DNA of 64,000 bases from a candidate division WOR-3 bacterium (GCA_965649295.1 CBFGKH010000011.1:1-64000); one strand, 5' to 3'; positions 8,320 to 18,920 are shown, numbered from the stretch's first letter. Notes: generated by a model from the letters alone, not told the origin. A program made the numbers and translations.

Positions 8320-10467
8320 GTGAGCAATCTATGTTTAGCTCTGCTGGTGGCTGTGGTTGCGGCCAGTGCCATGCCGATTCCTGAGGCCGGTGTGATGCCG
8401 GCGAATGCCGTGCCTTTTGCCGATGTCGAACGGGTTGCACTGAATCGGGCTAGGCGAGAGTTTCCAGACATGCTACCGGGAACGGTTGTGCCGTATGTTG
8501 ATGAGAACGGGCAGACCGTGGCCTATATGTTTCACTTTGTAGTCCCGGGCAAGACGATGGATGACTACGAGGCCGTCGCCGATGACGTGCTGGCTGGCAG
8601 GGCGACACTCGGTCCCGATACAGACCTCACTCGCTGGACTTCGCCTTATGCCCACGTGCTGGTGTCGGCACGTTATGACCGACCGCCAGTTATCAGGTTC
8701 GGGTATGGTGCTTCTGAGTTCTATGCTATCGGTCGGCAGGGGCTCGCGCGGGCACAAGCCGAATTGGGTCCCGGTGTTCGACTCTCGCGCATCTATTTTG
8801 TCTATCCGGTTACCTATCTTGAGTATGCTGATGATGCAGGGAGACAGATTGTTTTCGCGCAGCACTTCGAGCGTAGTTGGTCGTCCCGGACTGAGTTTGA
8901 GCGGTATGTGGCTGCCGGTATCAGAGCAATCGCAACTGAGCGTGGTGAAGAGGGTAATCTGGTCGCGTATCATGCGCCGGCCTGGGCGCGTGAGCTGGCT
9001 GGCGAGTATGGCTCGGATGTAGCGGTCTTTGTGCCGCAGGTGAATCGGGCACCGTTCTATGACTGGAGCTATGGCTGCACGCCGACAGCAGCAGCGATGG
9101 TGATGGGTTACATTGATAGGACTCAGGACTTCGGCCGACTTGTTGACTGGTTCTGGATGAGGCGTGACACTGCCGAACGGGAGTGGGACCATCAGGTCCC
9201 CAATGTTCAGCGGGAGTGTGCTATCGCCATGCATACGGACACGATTTCCGGCGGCACTTCGACAAACAACATCTCTTCAGGACTGCGAACGGTTGCGGCG
9301 GATAACGGCTACACTTGGTACGTCCTGCACGCAGACGGTGCGCTCTGGAACAATTACTGCTGGGATACGATCATGATGGAGATTGATGCTGGCCATGCAT
9401 TTGTCTGGTCAGCGACATGGGAGATTCATTCACTGGCTTGTTTCGGCTACCGTACAGATGACCAGTTTGTCTATGTGCACAATACTTGGTGGACTCCGGC
9501 TGAATGGTGGAATCATGCGCCTTCGAGTCCGAACTGGGCGCACGTCGGCTCTCCCTGGCCAACCGGTGGCGATCCGCACAAGGTTGAGATGGTCTATCCG
9601 CGGGGCGATACGCTCTACAACTCAACCGGCGCCGGCGAGCGACTTTTTGTTGGCGATACGGTGGTTGTCCGTTGGGACAATGGCGGGCTGCCGGCTGACT
9701 ACGTGGCCATTGATAGGTCAACGAATGCTGGGGTGACGTGGACCGAGATGGTTTCCAGCACACCGGACAACGGTGAGTATCACTGGTACCTCGACGGGTC
9801 GTATTATACCTGCGACTCGGTTCGGCTCCGGCTGAGACAATACGTGGGTTCGACGTTGGTGTCAGGGGATGGGTCATTCGGCAGCTTCCGGATTCAGCGC
9901 GAAGCACCAGCACCGACGCCACTGGCTCCGCCGGACGGGCTGCCAGTCTGGAACCCACCGGTGGTGCTGATTGTTGATTCGACCAACCGACGCATTGACA
10001 GTATCGAGTTCAAGGTGATGCTGGGTGTTGATACCATCTGGCGTCAGGTTGGTGTTGCGCCGACCTGTTCCTTGCCTGACACGCTGTTTCAGCGCAATCG
10101 TATCTACAAGTGGATTGTGCGGGGACACAACCAGTACGGCTGGGGTAACTGGGGTGCGCCGCGGACGTTTCGCATCATGTTCAGTGCGATCGCTGAATCG
10201 CTGGCAGAGCAAGCCCGATCGAGTTCACCAAAGACTACACACCACTCGCGAAGAGCTGGCGGTCTTTCTCTATCGCTGCCGGTCAGCGCTGGTCGGATGC
10301 TTTTCGTCTATGACGCGGCTGGCAAGCTGGTGGCCGAGGTACCGGTGCGAGCGGGACTCGCGTTCTGGGACCTTCGTGATAGCCGCGGCTTGCTGGCCGA
10401 AGCCGGACTCTATTTCGCCCGAGTTGATTCGACCGGACCGGTACGGAAGTTTGTGCTGGTCGAGTAG
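8320..10467 (+). CDS. Secreted papain-fold cysteine peptidase (C10/C39-like) with C-terminal secretion-tail domain
   Basis: Signal peptide; Cys 'YGCTPTAAAMVMGY', His 'IHSLACFGY', Asn 'VHNTW'; tail 'VYDAAGKLV...WDLRDSRG...GLYFAR'. GTG 8320 follows an AGGAG SD. Confidence 0.7.
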   Translation: MSNLCLALLVAVVAASAMPIPEAGVMPANAVPFADVERVALNRARREFPDMLPGTVVPYVDENGQTVAYMFHFVVPGKTMDDYEAVADDVLAGRATLGPDTDLTRWTSPYAHVLVSARYDRPPVIRFGYGASEFYAIGRQGLARAQAELGPGVRLSRIYFVYPVTYLEYADDAGRQIVFAQHFERSWSSRTEFERYVAAGIRAIATERGEEGNLVAYHAPAWARELAGEYGSDVAVFVPQVNRAPFYDWSYGCTPTAAAMVMGYIDRTQDFGRLVDWFWMRRDTAEREWDHQVPNVQRECAIAMHTDTISGGTSTNNISSGLRTVAADNGYTWYVLHADGALWNNYCWDTIMMEIDAGHAFVWSATWEIHSLACFGYRTDDQFVYVHNTWWTPAEWWNHAPSSPNWAHVGSPWPTGGDPHKVEMVYPRGDTLYNSTGAGERLFVGDTVVVRWDNGGLPADYVAIDRSTNAGVTWTEMVSSTPDNGEYHWYLDGSYYTCDSVRLRLRQYVGSTLVSGDGSFGSFRIQREAPAPTPLAPPDGLPVWNPPVVLIVDSTNRRIDSIEFKVMLGVDTIWRQVGVAPTCSLPDTLFQRNRIYKWIVRGHNQYGWGNWGAPRTFRIMFSAIAESLAEQARSSSPKTTHHSRRAGGLSLSLPVSAGRMLFVYDAAGKLVAEVPVRAGLAFWDLRDSRGLLAEAGLYFARVDSTGPVRKFVLVE

Positions 10468-10492
10468 CAGCAGGCAGAACTGCGAGAATACC

Positions 10493-10516
10493 GGGGCCCG
10501 GTTTCGGCCGGGCCCC
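10493..10516. terminator. GC-rich hairpin between convergent genes
   Basis: GGGGCCCGG-TTTCGG-CCGGGCCCC. Confidence 0.65.
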
Positions 10517-10532
10517 CAACTTTTGGGGCCGG

Positions 10533-11528
10533 TTAGTTGATGTGGAACTCGACGATGTCCTTATCCTGCAGAACGTGCGAGCGTTCGACGCGCAGGCCAT
10601 CGAGACCGGATTGATTCCAAAGTCGGGCGAACTGAAGGTTCTGGGCGAAGTCTTTGTGCAGATGGTAGGCGGCATCGGTTACAGTCGCACCAATCGGCAG
10701 CACAACCGGGTCATCCAGGTCCGGCGGCTTGCCTGGCCGCTTGGTATAGACACGCAGGATGCCGAGCAGCTCAAAGACCCGACGTTTCAGTTCCTCAAGT
10801 CCGGCATTGGTTTCGACCGAGACGAGCAGCACCGGTGTATCGGCGATGAGCTCGCGCAGGATTAATAGTCGGTCTTGGGCCTGGGGGTCGTCGCTCTTGG
10901 TACCGAGGAGCAAACCGCGTTTGGTGAGGCCAAGCGGGCCGGGAGTAGGCTCGTCGGCCTTCACTTCGGGTGGGCGAATCAGCCGATTAGCAAGGAGCAG
11001 ACCGCGGGTCTCGTCAAAGCGTTCGAGCAGCGCGTCGTCACTGAGGTCGAGCAGCCAGAGCAGGACGTCGGAAGTGCGCAGGATATGAAAGAGCCAGGGC
11101 GGTGAGTCGGGCGCGACCGGCGGTGTGTCCACAAGCTGAATCTGAATATCCTCGAACGGCATCATCCCAGCAGCCGGGGCAGTCGTGGTGTAAGGATAGG
11201 CAGCAACTTCGGTGCGCAGACCGGTGAGGCGATTGACAAGCGCGGATTTGCCCGCATTGGGAGAGCCGAAGACAACTGCCTGGCCAGCACCCTGTTTCTC
11301 GACGTGGAACCAGTCGCCCCTTCTCGCTCCAGCCTTGGTTCCGCTCATTAGCTCTTTCTTTAGCTTGGCGATGCGCGTCTTCAGGTCGGCCTGCATCTTC
11401 TCGGTGCCCTTGTGCTTGGGAATGGTCTGGAGCATCTCTTCGAGACAGAGCAGCCGTTCTTCGGGGGTTGTGGCCTGACGGTATTTCTCTTCGGCCTTTT
11501 TGAACTCAGGGGAAAGATTAGCCGGCAT
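10533..11528 (-). CDS. OBG/DRG-family GTPase with TGS domain
   Basis: 'PKHKGTEK', G1 'GSPNAGKS', 'YPYTT', G3 'LVDTP', and a TGS domain ending 'LQDKDIVEFH'. Confidence 0.9.
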   Translation of the reverse strand: MPANLSPEFKKAEEKYRQATTPEERLLCLEEMLQTIPKHKGTEKMQADLKTRIAKLKKELMSGTKAGARRGDWFHVEKQGAGQAVVFGSPNAGKSALVNRLTGLRTEVAAYPYTTTAPAAGMMPFEDIQIQLVDTPPVAPDSPPWLFHILRTSDVLLWLLDLSDDALLERFDETRGLLLANRLIRPPEVKADEPTPGPLGLTKRGLLLGTKSDDPQAQDRLLILRELIADTPVLLVSVETNAGLEELKRRVFELLGILRVYTKRPGKPPDLDDPVVLPIGATVTDAAYHLHKDFAQNLQFARLWNQSGLDGLRVERSHVLQDKDIVEFHIN

Positions 11529-11564
11529 CGGTGATATTTATAGCCTGATTTGCCTCAAAAGCAA

Positions 11565-11587
11565 GCAGCCCTGCGGAGCAGGGCTGC
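11565..11587 (-). terminator. Probable terminator after the serA-DUF1015 genes
   Basis: GCAGCCCTGC-GGA-GCAGGGCTGC, followed on the minus strand by TTGCTTTT. Confidence 0.6.
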
Positions 11588-11774
11588 CCGAATCGGTTAA
11601 CTCTTAGTCGCCGTCTTGTGACCGCTGTTCGATATCGAACTGGACCCGGTAACGGACGTCGCGGTCCCCGAACCTGCTCAAAAAATTGGTGGTGACATAG
11701 GTGATGCCCTGACCAACGGTCGGCTCGGAAACCGGGCGACCATGCTCTCGTCCATGAGACTCGGCTCAAAGGGG

Positions 11775-13055
11775 TTAGACCTTCTCGTTAGGCCCGATGT
11801 CGAAGAAGACAAGACCCGAGACGAGCTTGGGGTAGAAGTCGGTTGACTTCTGCGGCATCCGTTCACCGTGGCTCGCAACGAGTGAGACCTGTTCGGCGCG
11901 GGTGGGGTTGGTCAGTAGCGCAAGTTGGAACTCGCCGGCGTCAACCCGGGCCATTGCCGTCTCCGGCTTCCGCTCATAGGCGACGTGGTCCTCGACCTTG
12001 TCTGCAGGTACGCCAAAGACCTGGTCAATGAGCAGGGTATGGAGTACGGTTACGGCCAGACCCTTGTAGTCGGCACTCCGGTCGGTGATGAACCTGTCAA
12101 TGGCGCGGTTGTCATTCAAGCGGAGCAGCCAGGTCTTATTCCTACCGGCATGGAGTACAAAGAGATGTGTATCCGGAGTGAAGTTCTTTGCTAGCGCGGA
12201 CGGGGCTTGTTCGTCGGCGACCGGACTGACTGTAAACCACTGTCGAATCTTCTGCCAGGCAATGTCCCAGTCTATCTCGCCAAGACCGTAGAGCAGCCGG
12301 TGGGTGGGCAGAATGACCAGGCCGGGGTCGGCAATGTTGATGAAGGCGGTGGTCTTGAAGCGCAGGGCGGCATCGGCAGCAACTGGCCCGGCAGCTTCCA
12401 TCTCCTTACGATAGTTGAGTGCGGTTTCGTAGCGGTGATGGCCGTCAGCAATGAGCAGGGTTTTGGGCCGCATCAGCTCGCGAACCTGCTGGATTTTAGT
12501 TGGGTCGGTAACTGCCCAGACCCGCTGGAACACACCGTAGTCATCAGTCGCCTCCATAATCGGACTGGTGGTGGGACTGAGTAGCGCGTCCACGGCGTGC
12601 TCGGGGTCGGAATAGAGCAGGAATATCTGCTCGTAGTCTTTTTGGGTGGCGCGTAGCATGTTCAGTCGGTCAGCCTTGGGTTTGGAAAGGGTGCGCTCGT
12701 GGGCGAGAATCTCACCTTTTTCGAACTCTTCAACCCGCACCACGCCGATGAAGCCTCGCCGGGTATAGCGCTTGCCGTCGAGTTCGAACTCCTGCTCGAT
12801 GACGTAGAAGGCTGGCGCATGGTCACGGATGAGCGTCGAGTCGGCAAGCCACTTGTCCAGCGTCTGCTTCGAGGCGGCATACGGATCCTGGCCTTTGGGT
12901 AGAATGAGTCGGACGAAGCTGTGTGGATCGCGAAGGTAATACTCTTCCTGCATCTGGGGGGTTATCTTGTCGTAGGGCTGGGTGATAACGGTCGAGAGGT
13001 CAGTAATCCGGGCTGGGTTGTAGCGAATGCCCTTGAATGGTCTGATGTCTGCCAT
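11775..13055 (-). CDS. DUF1015 family protein
   Basis: 'IRPFKGIRY', 'QPYDKI', 'HERT', 'LIADGHHRYETA', 'RMPQKSTDFYPK'. Confidence 0.9.
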   Translation of the reverse strand: MADIRPFKGIRYNPARITDLSTVITQPYDKITPQMQEEYYLRDPHSFVRLILPKGQDPYAASKQTLDKWLADSTLIRDHAPAFYVIEQEFELDGKRYTRRGFIGVVRVEEFEKGEILAHERTLSKPKADRLNMLRATQKDYEQIFLLYSDPEHAVDALLSPTTSPIMEATDDYGVFQRVWAVTDPTKIQQVRELMRPKTLLIADGHHRYETALNYRKEMEAAGPVAADAALRFKTTAFINIADPGLVILPTHRLLYGLGEIDWDIAWQKIRQWFTVSPVADEQAPSALAKNFTPDTHLFVLHAGRNKTWLLRLNDNRAIDRFITDRSADYKGLAVTVLHTLLIDQVFGVPADKVEDHVAYERKPETAMARVDAGEFQLALLTNPTRAEQVSLVASHGERMPQKSTDFYPKLVSGLVFFDIGPNEKV

Positions 13056-13061
13056 TGCTGC

Positions 13062-13964
13062 TTACCTGCCAAGCAGAACCTTGCGGACTTCTTCGGCAAT
13101 GCCGATGCCGGCGCGTTCCTGACCTTCCTTAGTCTGGGCGCCGATGTGCGGCGTGCCGATGACATTGGGTAGCGAGAAGAGTTTGTAGTCCTTGAGCGGC
13201 TCGGTCTCATAGACGTCGAGCGCGGCCATTGCAACTTGGCCGGACTGCAGCGCCTCGTATAGTGCCTCTTCATCAACCACACCGCCGCGGGCACAGTTGA
13301 TGATGACTACGCCTCGCTTCATCTGAGCGATTGTCTCGCGGTTAATCATGTGATAGGTCTGTTCGGTTTTGGGGACGTGGAGCGAGATGTAGTCGGCCTG
13401 TCGGATGAGCTCAGGCAGCTCGCACAGCTTGCCGGCTTGGCATTCCTTGATGAACGGGTCAAAGACGAGCACGCTCATGCCCAAGGCCACGCAGCGCTTG
13501 GCCAGCTCAGTGCCAATGCGGCCCGAGCCGATGAGCCCAAGAGTCTTGCCATAAAGCTCAGTGCCCTTGAAAATCTTCTTTTCCCACTTGCCGACCCGTA
13601 GTGAGATTGTCGCCTGGGGAATAGAACGAGCGCAAGCGAGCATCATTCCCAGCGCGAGTTCTGCCACCGAGATTGAGGTGGCGGCGGGTGTGTTCACGAC
13701 TTTGATGCCGCGGGCCTCGGCCGCTTTCTTGTCAACATTGTCAAGGCCAACACCGGCGCGGCCAATGCACTTGAGATTGGTGCCAGCGTTGATGATATCG
13801 GCAGTCACCTTGGTGGCGCTGCGGACAATGATGGCGTCGTACTGGGGGATGACCTTGATAAGTTCTTCTGGAGGTAGGCCAGGGCTTTCGGTAACTTCGA
13901 GGCCGGCGGCTTTGAGCATCTCTACGCCTTTTGGCGAGATTGGGTCAGTGATGATGACTTTCAT
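13062..13964 (-). CDS. serA: D-3-phosphoglycerate dehydrogenase / D-2-hydroxyacid dehydrogenase (no ACT domain)
   Basis: 'IVRSATKVT', 'GRAGVGLDNVD', 'INCARGGVVDE', 'TPHIGAQT'; GAGGAG SD before ATG 13964. Confidence 0.8.
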   Translation of the reverse strand: MKVIITDPISPKGVEMLKAAGLEVTESPGLPPEELIKVIPQYDAIIVRSATKVTADIINAGTNLKCIGRAGVGLDNVDKKAAEARGIKVVNTPAATSISVAELALGMMLACARSIPQATISLRVGKWEKKIFKGTELYGKTLGLIGSGRIGTELAKRCVALGMSVLVFDPFIKECQAGKLCELPELIRQADYISLHVPKTEQTYHMINRETIAQMKRGVVIINCARGGVVDEEALYEALQSGQVAMAALDVYETEPLKDYKLFSLPNVIGTPHIGAQTKEGQERAGIGIAEEVRKVLLGR

Positions 13965-14762
13965 GCAATCTCCTCGTTGACAGTTTGCAGGTAGGTGTTT
14001 ACGCCCTATCGTAGCCGAATGAAGCCAGAAGTCAACCGGGCCAGGACAGACGGTTGCCAAGATGCGAGTTCTGCACTCCTTTGATAGCGATGGACAGCAC
14101 GTTGAAGCGATTGCTCCAGGTCGCAGCGGATGGGAGGGATGCGTTCTCGGTCACGGCATAAGGGACTTTGGGTGATAACGATGAACGATGCAAGATAGCC
14201 GGGACAGCATAAGTTGCTGGAAAGACAGGAAATGTGGGTGGGGATTAGGCCGGCATTGCTGCGGTGACAGTCAAGGGGGAGTGATTGCCGGGGTGACTTG
14301 GGACGGCAGAATCTGGGCGAATATCGTAGGGATTTGGGCTCTCACTATATGGTGTAACCTCCTAATTTGTTTGGACTTGAGTTGCCAAGATAAATGCTAC
14401 TTTAGATGGCGTGCGAGTGTGGATTGGTGCGCGGAGGCTGGTCTTGGGTTTAGGCTGGGTTTGAGGCTGGCAAGTAGTTGCGTTGCGAGTCTCTGGTGGA
14501 AGTCGGAAGGCAGGATGGTGTGCAGGGGCCGACTGGCTCGCGGCGCAGACGCCGCGGATAGGGCTGTCTGTCGGCAGCAGGGTTAGGACGGTCAGGGTGG
14601 GTGTGAGGCGCTTCACGTAGCGATAGTTGCCATGTGGCAGTGGGCGGTCAAGTACGCGATGTCAGGATGCAGATTGTAGATAGTAGATGGCAGGTCGAGG
14701 AGCCGGCCGGGACTAAATGAGCCCCGGGAGGGGGCTCTCGCAGTCGCGGGAAAGCGCCAGAA

Positions 14763-15320
14763 CTAGGTTGCCGCGTTCAGTTTCTCGAGACCGATGGCGT
14801 AGCCTTTTTCGAAGGCTTCGATGTTCTTTTGTAGCAGCCTTTCCGGCACGGTGCCGGGAATTGAGTCGAGGACGGCCTGCTTGGGGATAATCTTGGTGAT
14901 GGCGATGATGAAGCCAATCATGACGAAGTTGGCGTAGAGCCGATTGCCGAGTGCTTCGGCGATGCGGGTGGCGGGTATCGAATACTGCTTGATATTGCCG
15001 CGAACCGGATGAGGTTTGACCAGGTCTTCTTCGAGTAGCAGGATGCCGTCGTCCTTGAGTTCAGGCTCGAACTTCTCGTAGGCTTCCTGCGACATTGCTA
15101 CTAGGATGTCAGGCCGGGTGAGGTAGGGGTAGAGTATTTCGGAGTCGGATATTACAAGCTGGGCCGAGCAGGCGCCACCACGGGCCTCCGGGCCGAAGCT
15201 CTGGGTGAGGGTGGCGTTCTGACCGTTGTTGATGGCGGCAGCTTTACCCAGGGCCATGCCGATACGGATGATGCCCTGGCCGCCGAATCCGGATACTTTG
15301 ATTTCGACGTTACTTGCCAT
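14763..15320 (-). CDS. korC: 2-oxoacid:ferredoxin oxidoreductase gamma subunit
   Basis: 'SGFGGQGII' and 'SFGPEARGGAC'. Confidence 0.88.
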   Translation of the reverse strand: MASNVEIKVSGFGGQGIIRIGMALGKAAAINNGQNATLTQSFGPEARGGACSAQLVISDSEILYPYLTRPDILVAMSQEAYEKFEPELKDDGILLLEEDLVKPHPVRGNIKQYSIPATRIAEALGNRLYANFVMIGFIIAITKIIPKQAVLDSIPGTVPERLLQKNIEAFEKGYAIGLEKLNAAT

Positions 15321-16209
15321 CAGGGTTCATTGGGCCGACATAGGGCACATACTTGCTGCCGAGCACCTTGCGGAACTGCTCGTCCATGGCGTCGAGGAAG
15401 GTCGGCACTTCTTTCTGGACAAACTTGCCGACGATGATGTCCTGCTGGAAGCGAATGTCGCAGTCGCGGGTGTTGGCGAAGTTCCTGGTTATTGAGTGGT
15501 CGTGGTAGAACTTCATTAGATCGAGGCCCGAGCCGAGTCGGTTACGACGGCCATAGACGGTCGGGCAGGGGGAGATGACTTCGATGAAGGAGAAGCCGCG
15601 GTGGAGCAGCGCCTCTTTGATTGCGACAGTGAGCTGGCGGACGTGGAGTGCGGTCCAACGGGCGACGTAGGTGGCACCACAGGATTCGACCAGGAACGGG
15701 ATATTGAACGGGCGTTCGAATGCGCCGTAGGGGGTGGTTGTTGCCTGGGCGGTTTCGGGCGTGGTCGGGCCAGCTTGGCCGCCAGTCATGGCGTAGTTGA
15801 AGTTGTTGACGCAGATGACGGTCATGTCCATGTTGCGGCGGGCAGCATGAATCAGGTGGTTGCCGCCGATGGAGACGATGTCGCCGTCGCCAGAGATGAC
15901 GCAGACCTTGAGTCGAGGGTTGCCGAGCTTCAGTCCGGTGGCGAAAGGCAGGGCACGACCGTGGGTGGTGTGGAACGAGTCGAACTGGAGATAGCCGGCA
16001 GCGCGGCCGGTGCAGCCGATGCCCGAGACAACGCAAATGTCCTGGCGCGGCAGGCCGCTCTCTTTGACGGCGGCGATGAAGGCGGTCAGACAAGTTCCCA
16101 GTCCGCAGGTTGAGCACCAGATGTGGGGCATCCGATCCATCCGGAGGTAATCCTCCATTGGATGGTGGTCAGCAGTGCCGCGTTCAATAATGAGTTGATT
16201 TGGGTTCAC
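15310..16209 (-). CDS. korB: 2-oxoacid:ferredoxin oxidoreductase beta subunit (TPP-binding)
   Basis: 'WCSTCG', 'SGIGC', 'HTTHGRA', 'GDGD...GGNH', 'YAMTGGQ', 'SPCPT'. Confidence 0.9.
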   Translation of the reverse strand: MNPNQLIIERGTADHHPMEDYLRMDRMPHIWCSTCGLGTCLTAFIAAVKESGLPRQDICVVSGIGCTGRAAGYLQFDSFHTTHGRALPFATGLKLGNPRLKVCVISGDGDIVSIGGNHLIHAARRNMDMTVICVNNFNYAMTGGQAGPTTPETAQATTTPYGAFERPFNIPFLVESCGATYVARWTALHVRQLTVAIKEALLHRGFSFIEVISPCPTVYGRRNRLGSGLDLMKFYHDHSITRNFANTRDCDIRFQQDIIVGKFVQKEVPTFLDAMDEQFRKVLGSKYVPYVGPMNPDGK

Positions 16210-17366
16210 TTGGCGCCCTCGATGATGGCTTGAAGAATGTCGTCAGGATTGTGCACCCAGCCACCACAGTGGGGAACGAGTTTCGTCTGGCAGCGACCGG
16301 CCGCGGCTCGCTCAAGCTCGCGGTACATCTGGCCAATGTTAATCTCCGGCATCACTAGACACTTGACCCGGCTGGCTAGATCGCGGATGCGCTTCTCAGG
16401 GAACGGCCAGACCGTGATGAGTCGGACGAAGCCAACTTTGATGCCCTGTCTACGAGCGTCAGCAATTGCTTTGGTGGCGACGCGCGAGCTGATGCCGTAG
16501 GCGACCACAACGACGGTGGCGTCCTCGGTCTGTTCTTCTTTGAGCATTGTTATGTCGTCGGCGTTGTTGCGAATCTTGTCCACAAGGCGCGAGACGCAGA
16601 GATGCTGGCACTCGGCATTGATAATGGGATAGCCGCGTTCGTCGTGGGTGAGGCCGGTGACGTGAATGCGGTAGTCGTCGCCAGCCCGAATCATTGGCGG
16701 CACACCATCTTTGTCTGGCCGATAGGGCCGGTAGTCCTGGCGCGGGCCGTGGTACCAACGCCGGGGCAGAACTTTGATGGTGTCAGGTTCGGGAATTACG
16801 ACTTTTTCGGTCATGTGGCCGACGCATTCGTCCATCATGAACAGAACCGGCACCCGGTATTTCTCGGAGAGATTGAAACAGGTAATGGTTAAGTCGAAAC
16901 ATTCCTGGGGTGATGAGGGAGCAAGGGCGATTATCTCGTAGTCGCCGTGGGAGCCCCAGCGGGCCTGCATCATATCCTGCTGGCCAGTGAGGGTGGGCAG
17001 GCCGGTCGAGGGGCCGCCGCGCTGGACATTGACGACAACACAAGGAGTTTCGGTCATGATGCCGAGCCCAATATTCTCCATCATCAGCGAGAAGCCAGGG
17101 CCGGATGTGACAGTCATTGCCTTGGCACCAGCCCAGGCCGCGCCGAGTACGGCGGCAATCGAGGCGAGTTCGTCCTCCATCTGGATGAACGTGCCGCCAA
17201 TTTTGGGAAAGCGTTCGGCCAGCCGCTCGGCTACTTCGGTTGATGGGGTTATTGGGTAGCCGGCCATGAACCGACAGCCGGCAGCGATGGCGCCTTCGGC
17301 GCAGGCATGGTCGCCGTCGAGGTAGTGCGCACCAGTAAGGACTGGACCGCGTTTGTGGCTGCTCAT
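16206..17366 (-). CDS. korA: 2-oxoacid:ferredoxin oxidoreductase alpha subunit
   Basis: 'AGYPITPSTE', 'QMEDELAS', 'TSGPGFSLM', 'QRGGPSTGLPT'. Confidence 0.9.
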   Translation of the reverse strand: MSSHKRGPVLTGAHYLDGDHACAEGAIAAGCRFMAGYPITPSTEVAERLAERFPKIGGTFIQMEDELASIAAVLGAAWAGAKAMTVTSGPGFSLMMENIGLGIMTETPCVVVNVQRGGPSTGLPTLTGQQDMMQARWGSHGDYEIIALAPSSPQECFDLTITCFNLSEKYRVPVLFMMDECVGHMTEKVVIPEPDTIKVLPRRWYHGPRQDYRPYRPDKDGVPPMIRAGDDYRIHVTGLTHDERGYPIINAECQHLCVSRLVDKIRNNADDITMLKEEQTEDATVVVVAYGISSRVATKAIADARRQGIKVGFVRLITVWPFPEKRIRDLASRVKCLVMPEINIGQMYRELERAAAGRCQTKLVPHCGGWVHNPDDILQAIIEGAK

Positions 17367-17641
17367 GGCTGCTGTTCCACTTCTTCGCTGTCGAGTGTAT
17401 TCCAGATGGCAAACTCGGGGCAGAGGGCCTCGCAGAGTCGGCAGTTGACGCAGCGTTCGGGATGAGTCACGACCGGCGGGTGGTAGCCCTTGCGATTGAA
17501 CTCGGTCGAGACTTCCATTACCTGGCGCGGACAGTAGGCGATGCAGAAGCCACAGCCTTTGCAGCGCTCGAAGATGACGTGAACGGTGCCGTGCGGAGGC
17601 TTCTTTTTGTCGGCATCAAGTGGCTTGCGCCAGTACTTCAT
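17363..17641 (-). CDS. korD: 2x[4Fe-4S] ferredoxin, oxidoreductase delta subunit
   Basis: Two CxxCxxCxxxCP motifs; first gene of the kor operon, after a TTGACG-16-TATAAT promoter. Confidence 0.88.
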   Translation of the reverse strand: MKYWRKPLDADKKKPPHGTVHVIFERCKGCGFCIAYCPRQVMEVSTEFNRKGYHPPVVTHPERCVNCRLCEALCPEFAIWNTLDSEEVEQQP

Positions 17642-17759
17642 TGCTGGTCGGTGATTATAGGCCGCGACTTCTGGCCGTCAAGGCTGGGTAGCAAACTCGA
17701 CTGGACAATCGGCGAGTAGGGGTTAGGATAAGGCGGGCCGATAACTATAAGGAGGTCCG

Positions 17760-18920
17760 ATGACAAAATACGCGGTGCCGCTAGTGACCGTTTTGGCACT
17801 GGTGCTGACCGCCGGCTGCGACCTGAACACGCCCGGGCCGACGAATCACGAGAGTGACATCGTCGGTGGCGATTCAATCTGGTATGCAGCCGACAATCCG
17901 CATGTCGTGACCAAGACAATTCACATCCGTGAAAATGGCCGGCTGATTGTCAAGCCCGGCTGCTTGGTCAAGTTTGCGCCCGGCGCGGCCATCATCGTCG
18001 GTTACGGGTCGCCAGGCGAGCTACAGGCGGTGGGGACACCGGATTCGATTATCACGTTCACGTCGAATGCGGCGACGCCCAATCCCGGTGACTGGCATGG
18101 CTTCGACTTCTATGAGATGACACGCACGAGCACCCGCCTGAGTTACTGTGAGATTGACTACGCTTGCTGGCCAGACTATGCGGCAGTGAATATCGAATGG
18201 GACGGTAGCATCGGTATTGATCACACGACGATCAGGAATTCGTCCAAGTATGGTATCTGGTTTCACGTGGATGGCGGTTATGTCAGCGGCTTTACCGGTA
18301 ACACGATTACGGCCTGTGGCGATTACCCGATAACAATTGGGCCCAAGAATATCGCGATGCTTCAGGGTGGTAATACGCTCACCGGCAACGGCACGCCCGC
18401 CGGCAGCAAGGATGGGATCGAGGTGGCGACCGGCGACGTCGAGGCCACTGGCACTTGGCGTAACCAAGGGATTCCGTACATACTCAAGGGGAGCACCTCA
18501 ATACACGCTGACCAGGGTGCTTATCTTACTATCGAGTCAGGTACGACAGTCAAGATGGGAACTGGTTGCCACATTGCCATCGCTAACAACAGTCAGCCCG
18601 GTGGGCTGATTGCCGATAGCGTAGTGTTCACGTCGGCTGCCCTCAGTCCACAGGCTGGTGACTGGGATGGAATCTGGTTCTACAGTAACTCGACTGATGC
18701 CCAGTGCCGGTTGACGCGCTGCCGGATTGAGTACGGGGGTGGCGACGGTTACGGCAATATCTGGATTGAGGATGCGTTGCCAACGATAACCGGTTGCTAT
18801 ATTGGTCACTCTGCTTCCTATGGAATCTATCTTGAGGGCACGGTTTATCCGGCGCCGGCAGACCTGCTGGCTAATAACACTTTCGAGAGTAATCCGTCGG
18901 GTGACGTTCGGGTACCGTAG
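17760..18920 (+). CDS. Lipoprotein with right-handed parallel beta-helix repeats
   Basis: Lipobox LTAG-C; internal duplication 'FTSNAATPNPGDWHGFDF...LSYCEIDYA' / 'FTSAALSPQAGDWDGIWF...LTRCRIEYG'; SD AGGAGG. Confidence 0.78.
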   Translation: MTKYAVPLVTVLALVLTAGCDLNTPGPTNHESDIVGGDSIWYAADNPHVVTKTIHIRENGRLIVKPGCLVKFAPGAAIIVGYGSPGELQAVGTPDSIITFTSNAATPNPGDWHGFDFYEMTRTSTRLSYCEIDYACWPDYAAVNIEWDGSIGIDHTTIRNSSKYGIWFHVDGGYVSGFTGNTITACGDYPITIGPKNIAMLQGGNTLTGNGTPAGSKDGIEVATGDVEATGTWRNQGIPYILKGSTSIHADQGAYLTIESGTTVKMGTGCHIAIANNSQPGGLIADSVVFTSAALSPQAGDWDGIWFYSNSTDAQCRLTRCRIEYGGGDGYGNIWIEDALPTITGCYIGHSASYGIYLEGTVYPAPADLLANNTFESNPSGDVRVP

